Below the pieces are notes generated by a model. That model saw only the letters and a list, made by a program, of their open reading frames with translations. It was not told the origin of the DNA and searched no databases. This document shows positions 15,161 to 30,918 of a stretch of DNA of 64,000 nt, piece after piece; the stretch's first letter is position 1, and each line of letters starts with the position of its first letter. A program made the translations under genes and the position numbers. Source of the DNA: the human T2T-CHM13v2.0 reference genome, Homo sapiens; NCBI RefSeq assembly GCF_009914755.1, contig NC_060933.1, one strand, 5' to 3'.

Positions 15161-15999
15161 AATCGATAAAGTCAATTAATTTGCTTAATTTTGATTAACC
15201 ACTCTTAAGGGAAAAAAATAATTTTAGATATTTTTTCCTCAAATAGAAACCATAAACAATCGAGGGGGAAAATACGGACTTACTGATAACCTTTTATAAT
15301 TTGGCTGAATTCAGCTTGTCTTTATTCTCCCTGTGAAATAAAACCTTACTGAAAACTAAACACCGCACCTGAATTAAAGTGTCCTGTCAGGTTTTTTTCC
15401 TGCCCACAAATATTTCTGTTCAGGAAATTTGATCTTTAGGAATCTAATGTCCTTTCCTCACTGCCTAAGCATGCAACTGAAATAACAGGGTGGGTGGACT
15501 GATCCCTCATGTGTGGTTACAGAGCTGCGGGCTCAGGCAGGTCGAAGTTCCTTCTGTTCACCAGGAGAAGAGAAGAAAGAACGAGGAGCCGGAGACAGTG
15601 CACTTTTGTGGGTCTCCAGCTGCATTCTTTCCCAAGCCATTTCTAGAAACTGCATGAGGGAGGTCAGGGTACACCTGTTTCCTAGGAAGCTGGACTCCAC
15701 TTCGCATGAAGTGCAAACAAGGAAATAGGGATGGAGAGTGAAAACAGGGAAGAGTATGAGTGCAAAAGCTTGAAAAAAAATAGTATGCATTTTTGACTTA
15801 GGAGGGCAACAATAAACCAGTGGGACAAGAGAGAGGAAAGCCTTCCCCAGGAATCTTTCCTCATAACTTTGCGTGGTAGGTGGGCTGTGGGGACAGACAT
15901 GATTCAGTACTGCTGTGTCACTTAACAGTTGAATCTGCCCTGGAGTGCAATGTCAGACGATGAGAAATTGCCTACTCTAATTTTTATAGCCATTTAAGA

Positions 16000-16231
16000 A
16001 TGTTTCCCTCTACCTGGGCACTATTGACATTTTGGGCTAGATAATTCTTTGTTGTGGGGGTGGAGGCTGTCCTGTGCATTATGAATGTTTGGCAGCAGCC
16101 CTGGTCTCTACCTGTTAGATGCCAGTGGCAACCCCAACCCAACCCCAAGGCATCATCTTGTGATAAAGATGCCTCCAGACATTGTGAGATGTCTCTTGGA
16201 AGGTAAAATCGTCCCTGCTTGAGAACCCCTG
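16000..16231 (-). mobile_element. MER20 (hAT-Charlie)
   Basis: GGCACTATTGACATTTTGGGCTAGATAATTCTTTGTTGTGGGG...TTGAGAACCCCTG. Confidence 0.88.
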
Positions 16232-16580
16232 ATTTATAGGAATAATTTCGTTTCCATCGCAGTGCCTGTCTTATATTGGGCAGAGTGTTTACTATGTGAA
16301 AGTTACTGACTAGGTACAGGTTTACCTTGGTGAACCAAATATTCATGATTGCTGCTCGTATGGGACTTAAATCTGATGAGTGAAAAGATGGATGGGTGAA
16401 TGTAGGATGTCTCAAAAAGCAGATGTGATTTCTCTTAGGAATCAACCAGTGTTAAAAAGAAAAAATGTCACCCAGCCTACTTCCTTTCTACTCAATCACA
16501 GGGGGTTAAAAAGAATCCTTGTGTGAGGCAGGCCAAGGAGTCCCCCATCAGATAACTCAGGAAAAAAAAGCAATAATGTT

Positions 16581-16940
<360 letters not shown>

Positions 16941-17096
16941 TTACAAATAATTTTCAAATACTAGACTGCTTCAAAATCAAATAAAAGGGTTGGTAAAAAC
17001 AGATGTCTGGGCTCTACCTTATGTTTTAAAATCTATGAGGGTGAACCAGGTATGATTAATTCTTTTTTAAAAAAGATATATACATGTACACATATA

Positions 17097-17220
17097 TTTA
17101 ATTGAGACAGGTTCTCACTATGTTGTCCAGACTGGTCTCGAACTCCTGGGCTCATGCAGTCCTCCAACCTCAGCCTCCCAAGTGCTGAGATTACAGGCAT
17201 GAGCCACCACACAGCCAGCC
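17097..17220 (-). mobile_element. FLAM/Alu monomer
   Basis: Antisense left monomer; CCAGGTATGAT flanks both sides. Confidence 0.85.
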
Positions 17221-17231
17221 AGGTATGATCA

Positions 17232-17972
17232 CTTCTTATTATTCATGGTAGTTATGTTCTATAAACTCATAGCAAACACTAAATTAGTGAATATTGGACT
17301 ATTGCTGCAAGGGGAAATATAAGATGAGGCTCCTGAGAACCTCTGGTCACTACATTTTTGTCAATTGATATGCCATTTGCGTTCTATAGGTTCATTTTCC
17401 AACTTCCTTGTAAAACAAGCCAGTCTCACCAGGGTTGAAAATCGTCTCTTCCAGTAACCCTTTTCCCATAGAACACTTAGCAAATATTTAAAAAACTGTT
17501 CCACAGCATTCTGATCTGCAGAACCTACCCCTCCCACAGGTTTAACATTTTTCCATGCCTCATCGCCTTTTGAAACGTGTGGGCCAGTCAGCACTAGCCA
17601 CAAAGGGTTTAACACTTTTCCATAAATTTCTTGGCTTTCAGCCTCACAGAAATGCTGTCCACTATGTTTTTTTTTTTTTTAATCTGTCATCATCTCATGA
17701 ATACACCCATTTAGCCACTCTTCCATCTTATTCGTAGATCTAAGATGCACTATAGATGTTACTTTAGCGCTTTCTGGAGCAGTGTCACACCCGACTGGGA
17801 AATGTCCCCTTCCTTTTTAGGTGTACAAGATTGTTGACTCATTCACATTGAACTGTAAGTCGTGCCTGAACAAAGCTTATCTAGCACACATTTTCTCTCT
17901 GTAAGGCAGGTCACAGCCTTCCTGCACTTACGAACACTAGGCAGCGCTTTCAGTGCTATGCCTGGGGCCTAT
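17232..17972 (-). mobile_element. TcMar-Tigger element with degenerate transposase coding remnant
   Basis: Minus-strand translation gives KNVKPVGGVGSADQNAVEQFFKYLLSVLWEKGY and, after a frameshift, IFNPGETGLF (Tigger/CENP-B-like 'FNADETGLF' motif). N-terminal HTH-like segment near 17870-17970. Confidence 0.78.
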
Positions 17973-18236
17973 TTACTTATTACTTATTGAATATCTAATT
18001 TTAGTCCCAAAACCTTTTATTCAGTCCTCAAATTGTTACCATGAAAGAAATGATAAATTGCAATTTTATTATTACCCTATCACTGCGTATCAAGCCCTTG
18101 TTACAAAGTCTCCATTTACTGTCTCCAAAAAACCAACAGACAACCCACAAATTATATTACCTAATGATCTATTAACAGATGACCCAAGCTTCTCCAAGTG
18201 TGCCCCCCGACCAGTAGCAACAACATTACCTTGTTT

Positions 18237-18550
18237 GGCTGGTGGTGATGGCTCACTCATACCTGTAATCCTAGCACTTTGGTAGGCCAAGGGGGAAAGA
18301 TGGCTTTAGTCCAAGAGTTCGAGACAAGCCTAAGCAACATAATGAGACCTTGTCTCTACAAAAAATAAACAAAATTAGCCAGGCGTGGTGGCACACACCT
18401 GCAGTCCCAGCTACTCAGAAGGCTGAAGCAAGAGGGTCACTTGAGCCCAGGAGGTCAAGTCTGCAGTGAGTCATGATCACACCACTGCACTCCAGCCTGG
18501 GTGACAGAACAAGACCTTGTCTCAAGAAACAACAACAAAAAAGAAGAAAA
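18237..18550 (+). mobile_element. AluJ
   Basis: Full sense dimer. Confidence 0.92.
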
Positions 18551-18606
18551 GAATCACCTTATCTGAAATGCAATTTTCAGACCCTAACTTAGAACTACTA
18601 AAGTAG

Positions 18607-18972
<366 letters not shown>

Positions 18973-19167
18973 TGATTCTGATGCATCCTCAAGTTTGAGA
19001 ACCACTGGAATAGACAAATGTTTATTGACATGAAAAGTCCACAATACAATGAGTTAAACAAGAACACACTGCAAAAGAATATATACAGTGTGATCCTAGT
19101 TTTGAAATATTTACACATATGTGAATGTATAAAAACAGATCTGTAAAGCTATACTTTAAAATGGTAA

Positions 19168-20502
19168 TGTGTCCGGAATTGGTGGGTTCTTGGTCTCACT
19201 GACTTCAAGAATGAAGCCGCGGACCCTCGCAGTGAGTGTTACAGTTCTTAAAGGCAGCGTGTCCGGAGTTTGTTCCTTCTGATGTTCGATGTGTTCAGTT
19301 TCTTCCTTCTGGTGGGTTCGTGGTCTCGCTGGCTCAGGAGTGAAGCTGCGGACCTTCCTGGTGAGTGTTACAGCTCTTAAGGCGGCCCGTCTGGGGTTGT
19401 TTGTTCCTCCCGCTAGGCTCGTGGTCTCGCTGGCTTCAGGAGCGAAGCTGCAGACCTTCGCGGTGTTACAGCTCATAAAGGCAGTGTGGACCCAAAGAGT
19501 GAGCAATAGCAAGATTTATTGCAAAGAGCGAAAGAACAAAACTTCCACAGTGTGGAAGGAGACCCCAGCGGATTGCCCCTGCTGGCTCGGGCAGCCTGCT
19601 TTTATTCTCTTATCTGGCCCCACCCACATCCTGCTGATTGGTAGATCCGCGTGGTCTGTTTTGACAGGGTGCTGATTGGTGTGTTTACAATCCCTGAGAT
19701 AGACACAAAGGTTCTCCAAGTCACCACCAGAGTAGCTAGATACAGAGTGTCGACTGGTGCATTCACAAACCCTGAGCTAGACACAGGGTGCTGACTGGTG
19801 TGTTTACAAACCTTGAGCTAGATACAGAGTGCCGATTGGTGTATTTACAATCCCTGAGAGAGACATAAAGGTTCTCCACGTCCCCACCAGACTCAGGAGC
19901 CCAGCTGGCTTCACCCAGTGGATCCCACACAGGGGCTGCAGGTGGAGCTGCCTGCCAGTCCCGCGCCGTGCACCTGCGCTCCTCAGCCCTTGGGTGGTTT
20001 CATGGGACTGGGCGCCATGGAGCAGAGGGCGGTGCTTGTCGGGGAGGCTCCCGCGGCACAGGAGCACACGGTGGGGCAGCGGGGGGAGGCTCAGGCATGG
20101 CGGGCTGCAGGTCCCAAGCCCTGCCCCGCAGGAAGGCAGCTAAGGCCCAGCGAGAAATTGAGCACATCAGCTGCTGGCCCAGGTGCTAAACCCCTTACTG
20201 CCCGGGTCCGGTGGAGTCGGCCGGCCCCTCCGAGTGCGGGGTCCGCTGACCCTACCCACCCGGAACTCGCGCTGGCCCGCAAGCACGGCGCGCAGCCCCG
20301 GTTCCCGGCTGCGCCTCTCCCTCCACACCTCCTTGCAAGTTGAGGGAGCCGGCTCTGGCCTTGGCCAGCCCAGAAAGGGGTTCCCACAGTGCAGCGACGG
20401 GCTGAAGGGCTCCTCAAGTGCCACCAAAGTGGGAGCCCAGGCAGAGGAGGCGCCAAGAGCAAGCGAGCGCTGTGAGGACTGCCAGCACGCTGTCACCTCT
20501 CA
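19168..20502 (-). mobile_element. ERV9 solo LTR, LTR12C-like
   Basis: Minus strand starts TGAGAGGTGACAGCGTGCTGGCAGTCCTCACAG and ends CCAATTCCGGACACA. Perfect 4-bp TSD GTAA (19164-67, 20503-06). CpG-rich U3, repeated CCAAT units, AATAAAAG box at 19599-19606. Confidence 0.95.
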
Positions 20503-20828
20503 GTAACAATTGTTATCACTGGGTAAGGAGGTTACAAGGGATTCTTTCCTTTTTTTTAACGTTTCATTTGAGTTTCAGATGTTTCTACCATGAATAACAA
20601 TTTCTTATGCAATTTTAAAAGAGAGCAAAATAAATTCCATGAGGAAGAATTTGACAGATAAGGACCCATCTGTGTCCCCGAGTTCTATTCCCTGCCTGTG
20701 GAATCACTCTCCTCATGCTCATAGCCATCAACAAACTGGTACCTACAGAGCAAAATTTCCCTCTGGGTCTCTCAAGCAAGCAGAAACACAATTGCTTTTC
20801 TTGATGTCCCTTGGCACAGCTGGAATTT

Positions 20829-21371
20829 TGTATTAGGGTTCTCTAGAGGGACAGAACTAATAGAATAGATGTATATATGAAGGGGAGCTTATTAGGAGAA
20901 CTGACACACACAATCGCAAGGTGAAGTCCCACAACAGACTGTCTGCAAGCTGAGGAGCAAGGAAGCCAGTCCGAGTCCCAAAACCTCGAAAGTAAGGAAG
21001 CCGACAGTTCAGCCTTCAGTCTGTGGCCAAAAGCCTGAGAGGCCCTGGCAAACTAATGGTGTAAGTCCAAAAGTCCAAAAGCTGAAGAACTTGGAGTCTG
21101 ATGTTCAAGGGCAGGAAGCATCCAGCACAGGAGAAAGACGGAGACCAGAAGACTCAGCAAGTCTCCTCTTCCATCTTCTCCTGCCTGCTTTATTGTAGCC
21201 ACACTGGCAGCTGATTAGATGGTGCCCACCCAGACTGAGGGTGGGTCTGCCTCTCCCAGTCCACTGACTCAAATGTGAATCACCTTTGCCATCACCCTCA
21301 CAGACATACCCGGGAACAATACCTTGCACCCTTCAATCCAATCAAGTTGACACTCAGTATTAACCATCACA
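20829..21371 (-). mobile_element. HERV-L solo LTR, MLT2A2-like
   Basis: Minus strand starts TGTGATGGTTAATACTGAGTGTCAACTTGATTGGATTGAAG and ends CTAGAGAACCCTAATACA. Confidence 0.9.
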
Positions 21372-21717
21372 CCTATCTGAAAGAAATAATTTTGTTAATT
21401 CTGTAAATAATTTTTTAAAAATTCTGTTGATAGTTCAAGTCCAAAAAAATTGATTAAAAAAAATTCTTCAGGGTTAAGTGGCTACTCTATTCGCAGTAGC
21501 CCTTCCTCTAAGGTTTTTCTTTCTAGTCTCCTTTCCCCCTCACTCAGCTCTTAATTCCTGCCAATAACTGAGAGTGAAGAGACAGTCACCTTGCTTCCGG
21601 GTCTCTCAGTCCTCTACTGGCCTTTGGCTCCAGATGTTTCCTTAGCACTTGCATAGTACCCAGAGTATTTTAAGTGGTGACTGATCTGCAGGTGCAGATC
21701 TCACTTGGCCCCCATAG

Positions 21718-21951
<234 letters not shown>

Positions 21952-22987
21952 TAGATGAAGCCAAAACCTTCAGATAATTTATAATGCATAGTTAAGGCAT
22001 GATCAGTTCACATTAAATCAGAAAAGGTTCCATCCCAGAGATGGCTTCATCAAACTAACACTTTGCTATTAAACATACTGAATGTCTGAAAAGGGATTTC
22101 ACTGGAGAAACTAGTAACTTTTGTCAAGAAGCAGTTATTTAGCATGATTCTTAGAAATGAGCTCTCATTTGTGATGCTAAAGGTATTCAAAATATGAGGA
22201 CTGGCTAAAAATACCTTAAAGAGACTCCTAACTCTTGTATGGGTGGGGGTGTAACAATTAAGGAAGACCTAAAATCTAGCTTGCTCCCTGAGTTGTCCTA
22301 TAAGCAGCTGTTGGTATAGGAGGATTTCTGAATGATGCCAGTTGGAAGAGAGAGACTCCTGCTTCTGAAGTGCTGTTGTGTGCTGCTTGTAAGCATTTCA
22401 TGCAATGTGTGATTGGATCACCTAAAAGAGTACAGAGCTAGAATTTCATTACACCAACAGGACAGTACCAACTCCTTAGTGGTGACTAATGAATGTTTGC
22501 ATAGTAAACACCTATGTGGGTGACAGGATTTGGGCTAAGATTTCTTTCCTGTAACCTGATTGTGAGATTATGAAAGCACAGCTAAATCTCACTCCCTCAA
22601 ATTTCTTTAGTGTCTACTATCTTCTAACAGAAACAATCTAAGGGTTGAGCACGACCAAACTGACTTGAATCAATTCACTGTGTTCTTACACAATTTCCTG
22701 TAAGGACAGACACCCTTCATTCCTTTGAGGCACATCCTTTTATCCTTGTCTAGGATCCCTGGTGAGGTCTTCTGACTCTTTCATGCACCACTCAAGACCA
22801 ATATAATCTTCTCTCATGCTACTTCTGAGCCATGAGGAACCTGGAAGGAGGGCATCTCTGTCCTTTTCGTGGGACAAAAAAGTGAATGTAGGAAATCATA
22901 TCAGCTAATATCACATATCATCCTTCCATACCTGTAACACATATACAGGAGTTAAACACAATAGCAAGAAAGAAATTCCTTCAATTA

Positions 22988-23292
<305 letters not shown>

Positions 23293-23699
23293 TCAATCAA
23301 ATTCCCCAGTTCTTACACAGATACCTCACAATAGTGGTGTTATTGATATTTTTGGGTAAGAGGAAAATCTTTCTTTTGCCCAACTATCCCTACCTTGCAA
23401 GACTTTTAGCATTCTTTGACCTTGCCCACTAAAAGACAACAGTTTAAATAAAATTTTTAAAAGATCATTAGATATTTTGAAATGCCTCCAAATGGAAAAA
23501 AATTGGCCTGCTTAAGAACTGCTGTACTAATGGTCTCCCAACTGTTTCACAGGTCTCAGGGAAGGCCACAGAAGGCTTCAGTGGCTGAATAGAAAAGTAG
23601 GTGGTTGAGGGGTCAGCCTCCTATCCTTGCCTCAGAACACAGAACATGCCTCAGGGCAAAGTGACTGACTTCGCAGGCTGTGATGATAGCTGTTATATT

Positions 23700-23972
23700 C
23701 TTTTCGAGAGAGGGGATTTCACTGTCACCCAGGCTTAAGTGTAGTGGTGGGAATCATAGCTCACTACAGCCTCGACCTCCCAGGCTCAAGCGATCCTCCT
23801 ACCTCAGCCTCCCAAGTACCTGGGACCACCACATGTGGCTAAGTTTTTAATTTTTATTTTCGTAGACATGAGGTCTCGCTAAGCTGCCCAGGTAACTCCT
23901 GGGCTCAAGTGATTCTCCCACTTTTGCCTCCCTAAGTGCTGGGATTACAAGCATGAGCCACTATACTGGGCC
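23700..23972 (-). mobile_element. AluJ
   Basis: Antisense dimer with deletions. Confidence 0.88.
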
Positions 23973-24078
23973 CCCCATTATATTCTTCATAAGTAAAAGC
24001 ATATCCAGAAATTTTCATTTCCAGTTGATCTTTACGCTGCTTTCTTGACCATTTCTCTGAAGGTGCCTGGAGCAAAAA

Positions 24079-25320
24079 TGTGTCCAGAATTGGTGGGTTG
24101 TTGGTCTCGCTGACCTCAAGAACGGAGCCGTGGACCCTCGCGGTAAGTGTTGTGTCCCGAGTTTGTTCCTTCTGATGTTCAGATGTGTCCAGAGTTTCTT
24201 CCTTCTGGGGGGTTGCTGGTCTTGCTGACTTCAGGAGTGAAGCTGCAGACCTTCGCAGTGAGTGGGCGGCGCATCTGGAGTTGTTCGTTCCTTCCAGTGG
24301 GTTCGTGGTCTCACTGGCCTCAGGAGTGAAACTGCAGACCTTTGCTGTGAGTGTTACAGTTCATAAAGGTGGCACGTCCAGAGTTGTTCGTTCCTCCCAT
24401 CTGGAATTGTTCATTCCTCCCATCTGGAATTGTTCATTCCTCCCATCTGGAATTGTTCATTCCTCCCATCTGGAATTGTTCATCCCTCCCCGTGGGTTCA
24501 TGGTCTCCCTGGCTGGCTTCAGGAGTGAAGCTGCAGACCTTCGCACTGAGTGTTACAGCTCATTGTTACAGCTCATAAAGGCAGCGTGGACCCAAAGGGT
24601 GAGCAGCAACAACATTTACTTCTAAGAGGCAAAGAACAAAGCCTTGGCAGAGTAGAAGGGGACACAGTTAACCAAGTAGCCACTGCTGCCTCAGGTGGCG
24701 TGGCTTTTATTCCCTTATCTGGCCCCACCCACATCCTATTGATTGGTCCATTTTACAGAGAGCTGATTGGTCCATTTTACAGAGAGCTGATTGGTCCGTT
24801 TTACAGAGAGTTGATTGGTCTGTCTTGACAGAGTGCTGATTGGTGTGTTTACAAACCTTTAGTTAGACACAGAGTGCTGATTGGTGCGTTTACAATCCTT
24901 TAGCCAGAGGGAAAAGTTCTCCAGGTCTCCACCCAACCCAAAAGCCCAGCTGGCTTCACCTCTCAATGGCACTGGCCGCCAGGACTTTTGGGCACCTACC
25001 CCGGGCATTCCGGCAACCCAGAGGGAGCTCGTACCTGGATCAAGCCCAGCAGGCGCCGAGTGTGGGACCCGCTCCCAGCCCGCGCCCACCTGGAACCCGT
25101 GCTGGCCCACTAGCGCCACAGCCCCAGCTGCCGCCCTCGCCTCTGCCTCCACACCTCCCTGTGAGCAGAGGGAGCCGGCTCCCGCCTCGGCCAGCCCCAG
25201 AGAGGGGCCCCCACAGCACAGCTGCGGGCTGAAGGGCTCCTGGAGTGTGGCCAGAGCAGATGCTGAGGCCAAGGAGGCACCGGGAGTGAGCAAGGGCTGC
25301 TAGCACGTTGTCACCTCTCA
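24079..25320 (-). mobile_element. ERV9 solo LTR, LTR12D-like
   Basis: Minus strand starts TGAGAGGTGACAACGTGCTAGCAGCCC and ends CCAATTCTGGACACA. A-rich TSD (AAAA/AAAC). Six CCAAT boxes at 24742-24884; AATAAAAG at 24704-24711. Confidence 0.93.
24391..24482. repeat. Minisatellite: 4 perfect copies of a 23-bp unit (TTCCTCCCATCTGGAATTGTTCA)
   Basis: Units start at 24391, 24414, 24437 and 24460. Confidence 0.95.
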
Positions 25321-25554
25321 AAACCACTTGAGCTTTACCATCCAACATAATATCCTTTCGTTATCTCCTCACTATAGTTCTAGAACTATCATTTGCACAT
25401 TTTATGTTAGATATGATGGATCAAAATTGTTTACCAGAACTTAAATGGTAAAAAGAGGCCATATTAATTACATACTGCATTGACAATATTGATGATGCTT
25501 TGTTTCAGATATACTATATATCGATGTTAACTGCTTTTGAAATATTTGAAAATT

Positions 25555-25688
25555 AGCCAGGTGGGATGGCTCACATCTGTAATCCCAATACTTTGGGAAG
25601 CCAAGATGGCAGGATCGCTTGAGCGCAGGAGTTGGAGACCAACCTGGGCAACACAGTGACACCCTGTCTCTATATTTAAAAAAAAAAT
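25555..25688 (+). mobile_element. FLAM/Alu monomer
   Basis: Left monomer with A tail; TTGAAAATT flanks both sides. Confidence 0.85.
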
Positions 25689-26244
25689 TGAAAATTGATA
25701 CTTGTTTTTGAAATACTTGGCTTTATACATGTGTGTATAATAAAAAACAAGTATCTGCTTTGTGTAGGGCAGCACCAAAGTGGTATGTGTACATTTTCCT
25801 GGAAGAACGGAACATTGGAGGAAAAAGTGTTTGGATGCCGTGGGACAAGAGACAGGATTGAATGGGAGAGTGGAAGATAGGATGTTGTCTGTTCCTCAGC
25901 CCAGGCTCAGAGACCAGTAATTCACTGGAGTTACTATTTACATGAAGGACTTTGGGAGGCTCCAGGTACAAGCACAGATGTTTCAGGACTTCAGTGAAAC
26001 ATATTACCCTGATTTATAGACGGAGAAGCTTCCCCCTTCCTGGGTGCCTGCAGCACAGCTTTTAACACTGGGTTGGGATGGAAGGTTCTCCAGTGCTGTG
26101 TGGGCACCATGAGGAACTGAAAGTTTGGAAACAGCACCTAGATAAAAAAGCTGAAGTAGACACCAGCTAAAGTAATACTAACGAGGCATCTCCTAACAGG
26201 GCTTCTTGGCAGTGGAAAGGAGCAGCACAGAAAAATCTGACTGG

Positions 26245-26735
<491 letters not shown>

Positions 26736-27933
26736 ATCTGATTGGCCTTGGTACTGAGCACTTGGAAGGGGTCTCTAGTTATGGCTGGGGAAGCTTTAAA
26801 AGGTGGGCTGAGATCCTGTAGTCTGTAGAGGGGGCCCACTCAGCTAGGGAAATGTGGATGCTATCAATGTTAACGTCACTGAAGACATTTCATTAACCAC
26901 AGGGCTGTATTTTTTTAGGCATTTGAACCAACCTATTTAGTAACTGCCAGGGCCACATGAGGACTTTCTTAGGCCCCAACCACGTTGCCTCTGTGGGCTC
27001 CTTCCTTCTTAAGAAAAAACAATAAAAATTGTATTTCACAACTTCATTAGTGTAAATATAAATATAATCCAGGCTGGGTCCATTATAATATATTCATTTT
27101 TTTCTTCTGATTTTAACAGAAATAAAAATGAAACCACTTTCTGTAGGCCTCTGAAAGTATTGTCGGTCGCAGGCACTCTGCCTGCTGTGACTAATGGAGA
27201 CATTGTCCCTAGTAACTGCTTTCCTTTCGTTTTTTTTCCAGCAGCTTCTTCCCTCTTCCCTCACTTATGGCCCCTCCTGACAATTTTGTTGATTTCTATC
27301 CAAATCAGCCCTTTCACTAAGATTGAAAAGTTGCTTGTAAATTGGCCATGTTTAATCATTTGCCAGATATTTCAATTTTTAAAAAAACATTGTTATTAAA
27401 TTGTTGATTTCTCAAATGGATTTGCTATTTTGAGAAAAAATATACTAACTATATACTCAAAATTGATTTTTTATAAAAGCAGGAAGCTACAGTTTTCTAT
27501 GGGTACATGGACCCTAAAAACCTTCTGTTGTTTTTCCTAAATCCCAAACCCAGATTGTTTGTGTGGGTTCTAGAATCAGGGAGAGCAGTTCTGTGGGCTC
27601 TACTATTCAGAAAACACCACGGTCAACTGAGTCAACATAATCAGCCTTCCTGCCAACCACCCTTCAGCAACCACTCAACTATTTACTCCTTGATGGGAGG
27701 GCACTGCCAGAAAGTTTGCTCTCAGATTAAAAGCAAAACAAAATAAAAACAGCGATGTTTTCAGAAAAGAACTATTTCATTAGGTTTCTCTATTTGTCCT
27801 CTCCTCTGTCCACATTGCTAACATACTGGAAAGAGGTTGCTGGACTGGTTTGGTTTCTTAGGTGAGAGGAACATTAACTGGCCCCCAATTCTCAACCAGG
27901 CTGTTCGCTTTTCTGGCTTTAAAAGAAAATCAA

Positions 27934-28720
<787 letters not shown>

Positions 28721-28951
28721 AAAACCCTAAGTAGAAGAATATTCTCACAATCAGCTGGAAATATCAAGTATGATTCTGAAAGAAACAAATAACTGACATA
28801 AGATATAAGGTGCTATATGAGCATTTTCTTTTCTTGTTTTAAGATACGGTCCTCAGTAGCATATATGAACATTTTGATTTGAGTATGTATGAGTCTCCCA
28901 AGAACTTTTAAATTCTTCAACATCCCTTTTCTAGGGTAAAAGTGTTACTGA

Positions 28952-29337
<386 letters not shown>

Positions 29338-29627
29338 AGTGGCATCTCTTACATGCTGTTTCATGTACCTTAAGCTCCAGCCACTTCAATTTTCCGTTAC
29401 TCCTTTAACATAAGAATGTGTTCTCTTTCAACTCAGCAGTAAATGTGTCCCCACTTCTGCCTGGAATGTGCCCTCTTCCCCAACACAAATCCCTTCATCT
29501 CCCTTCATGTGAGCAGCCCCTTCTCCTAGACACAATTCCCACATCTCTCCAGCCTGTGTAATGTTTCCTGCATTCTCAGGGAAGGGGCTACTTTATAGGT
29601 GAAAGAGGAATGTGAGGGATACAGCTA

Positions 29628-29735
29628 CAAAGACCACCATGTGCAGTTTGCCCGGGACTGAGGGGCTGTTCAGAATACAGGACTTTCAGTGTAAAATCTG
29701 ACAGTTTCAGATAAACAAGCATGGTTAGTCACCAT
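29628..29735. mobile_element. hAT-Blackjack MITE (MER81/MER94-like)
   Basis: GTTTGCCCGGGACTGAGGGG...GGACTTTCAGTG...GGTTAGTCACC. Confidence 0.65.
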
Positions 29736-30857
29736 ATATACCACACTCCTGAACCTTTCATAAAAAAAAAAAAAAAATGATTTGGGGGAAAAAAAATAAA
29801 GATTTGTTGACAAAATCTAGCTACTCAAGAGAAGAATCAAAACTAAGAGATCAGAAATATAGAAGGTTTGGCAAAAGAAATGGTAATGAGCACTGACTAT
29901 ATTTACATATAAAATTAAAAGAAAACACGGCAGAAATTATAGTCAGCACATAAGCTTTATAAACCTTAACCATGTAAAACTTATAACAATACAAATAAAT
30001 TTTGGAAAGTGGAGAAAGGGAGGAAGTCAGGAGGTCATGTGCTGTACTAATTTTTTATATTTCATAAGAGGAAGTAAATGGATTCTGTCCAGAATTAAAA
30101 CTAATAGTAAGAAAAAAAAGAAAGCTCTAAAATGACCAACTTCTTAATGGCTTTCCGTAATGTTTTCACTGAGCCCTAGAAGGATCTCTTAGGAATGCCT
30201 ACTTTATTGTAAAGAAACATTCATTTGAAGTTATACTTTACTTTTTTCCCTTTTAAAAATATTAAATTATAATCTTTCATCTTAAAAATAGCATTTTTAT
30301 TATATCCTTCTTTTACCTTTCTGTTTATCTAGCTGGCTAACCACAGAAATTCTGAGAAAAGTGACTAAATGTTACTAAATGTTGAGATTGCTTGCTCCTA
30401 GCTATTTGGATTTGGGGTGGAGGAGGATAAAACTTTTTTTGTGTGTCTTTTGGTATTTTTAAATTTAAATAGCTCTATGATGATTGATTTTATGTGTCAA
30501 CTTGGCTAGGCCATGGTACTCAGATATCTAGTCAAGCATTATTCTAGATGTTTCTGCGAAGGGATTTTTTTCTAGATGAGGTTAACATTTATATCAGTAG
30601 CCTTTGAGTAAAGCAGATTATACTCCATCATGTGGGTGGACCTCATCTAGTCAGTTGAAAGCCTTAATAATGAAAAAGACTGGCTTCTCCAGAAAAAGAA
30701 AGAATTCCACCAGCAGATGGTCTTTGGACTCAAACTGCAGCTCTTCCCTGGGTCTGTAGCCTGCTGGTTTACCCTGTGGATGTTGGACTTGTGAGCTTCC
30801 ACGATCTCATGAGCCAACTTCTTAAAATCAATCTCTCTCTCTCTGTCTCTCTTTACA

Positions 30858-30859
30858 TG

Positions 30860-30903
<44 letters not shown>

Positions 30904-30904
30904 C
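30858..30904. repeat. (TACATA)n microsatellite
   Basis: About 7 hexamer units in the MLT2 simple-repeat region. Confidence 0.9.
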
Positions 30905-30918
30905 AGTCATTCTTCATA

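Noticed and set aside
19156-20506. Many overlapping 100-140 aa ORFs in GC-rich DNA (also 24185-25348)
   Set aside because: All lie within LTR12 elements. High GC depletes stop codons, and these are not gag/pol/env.
24391-24482. Short regularly repeated units resembling a CRISPR array
   Set aside because: Head-to-tail tandem repeat with no spacers, in eukaryotic DNA with no cas genes.
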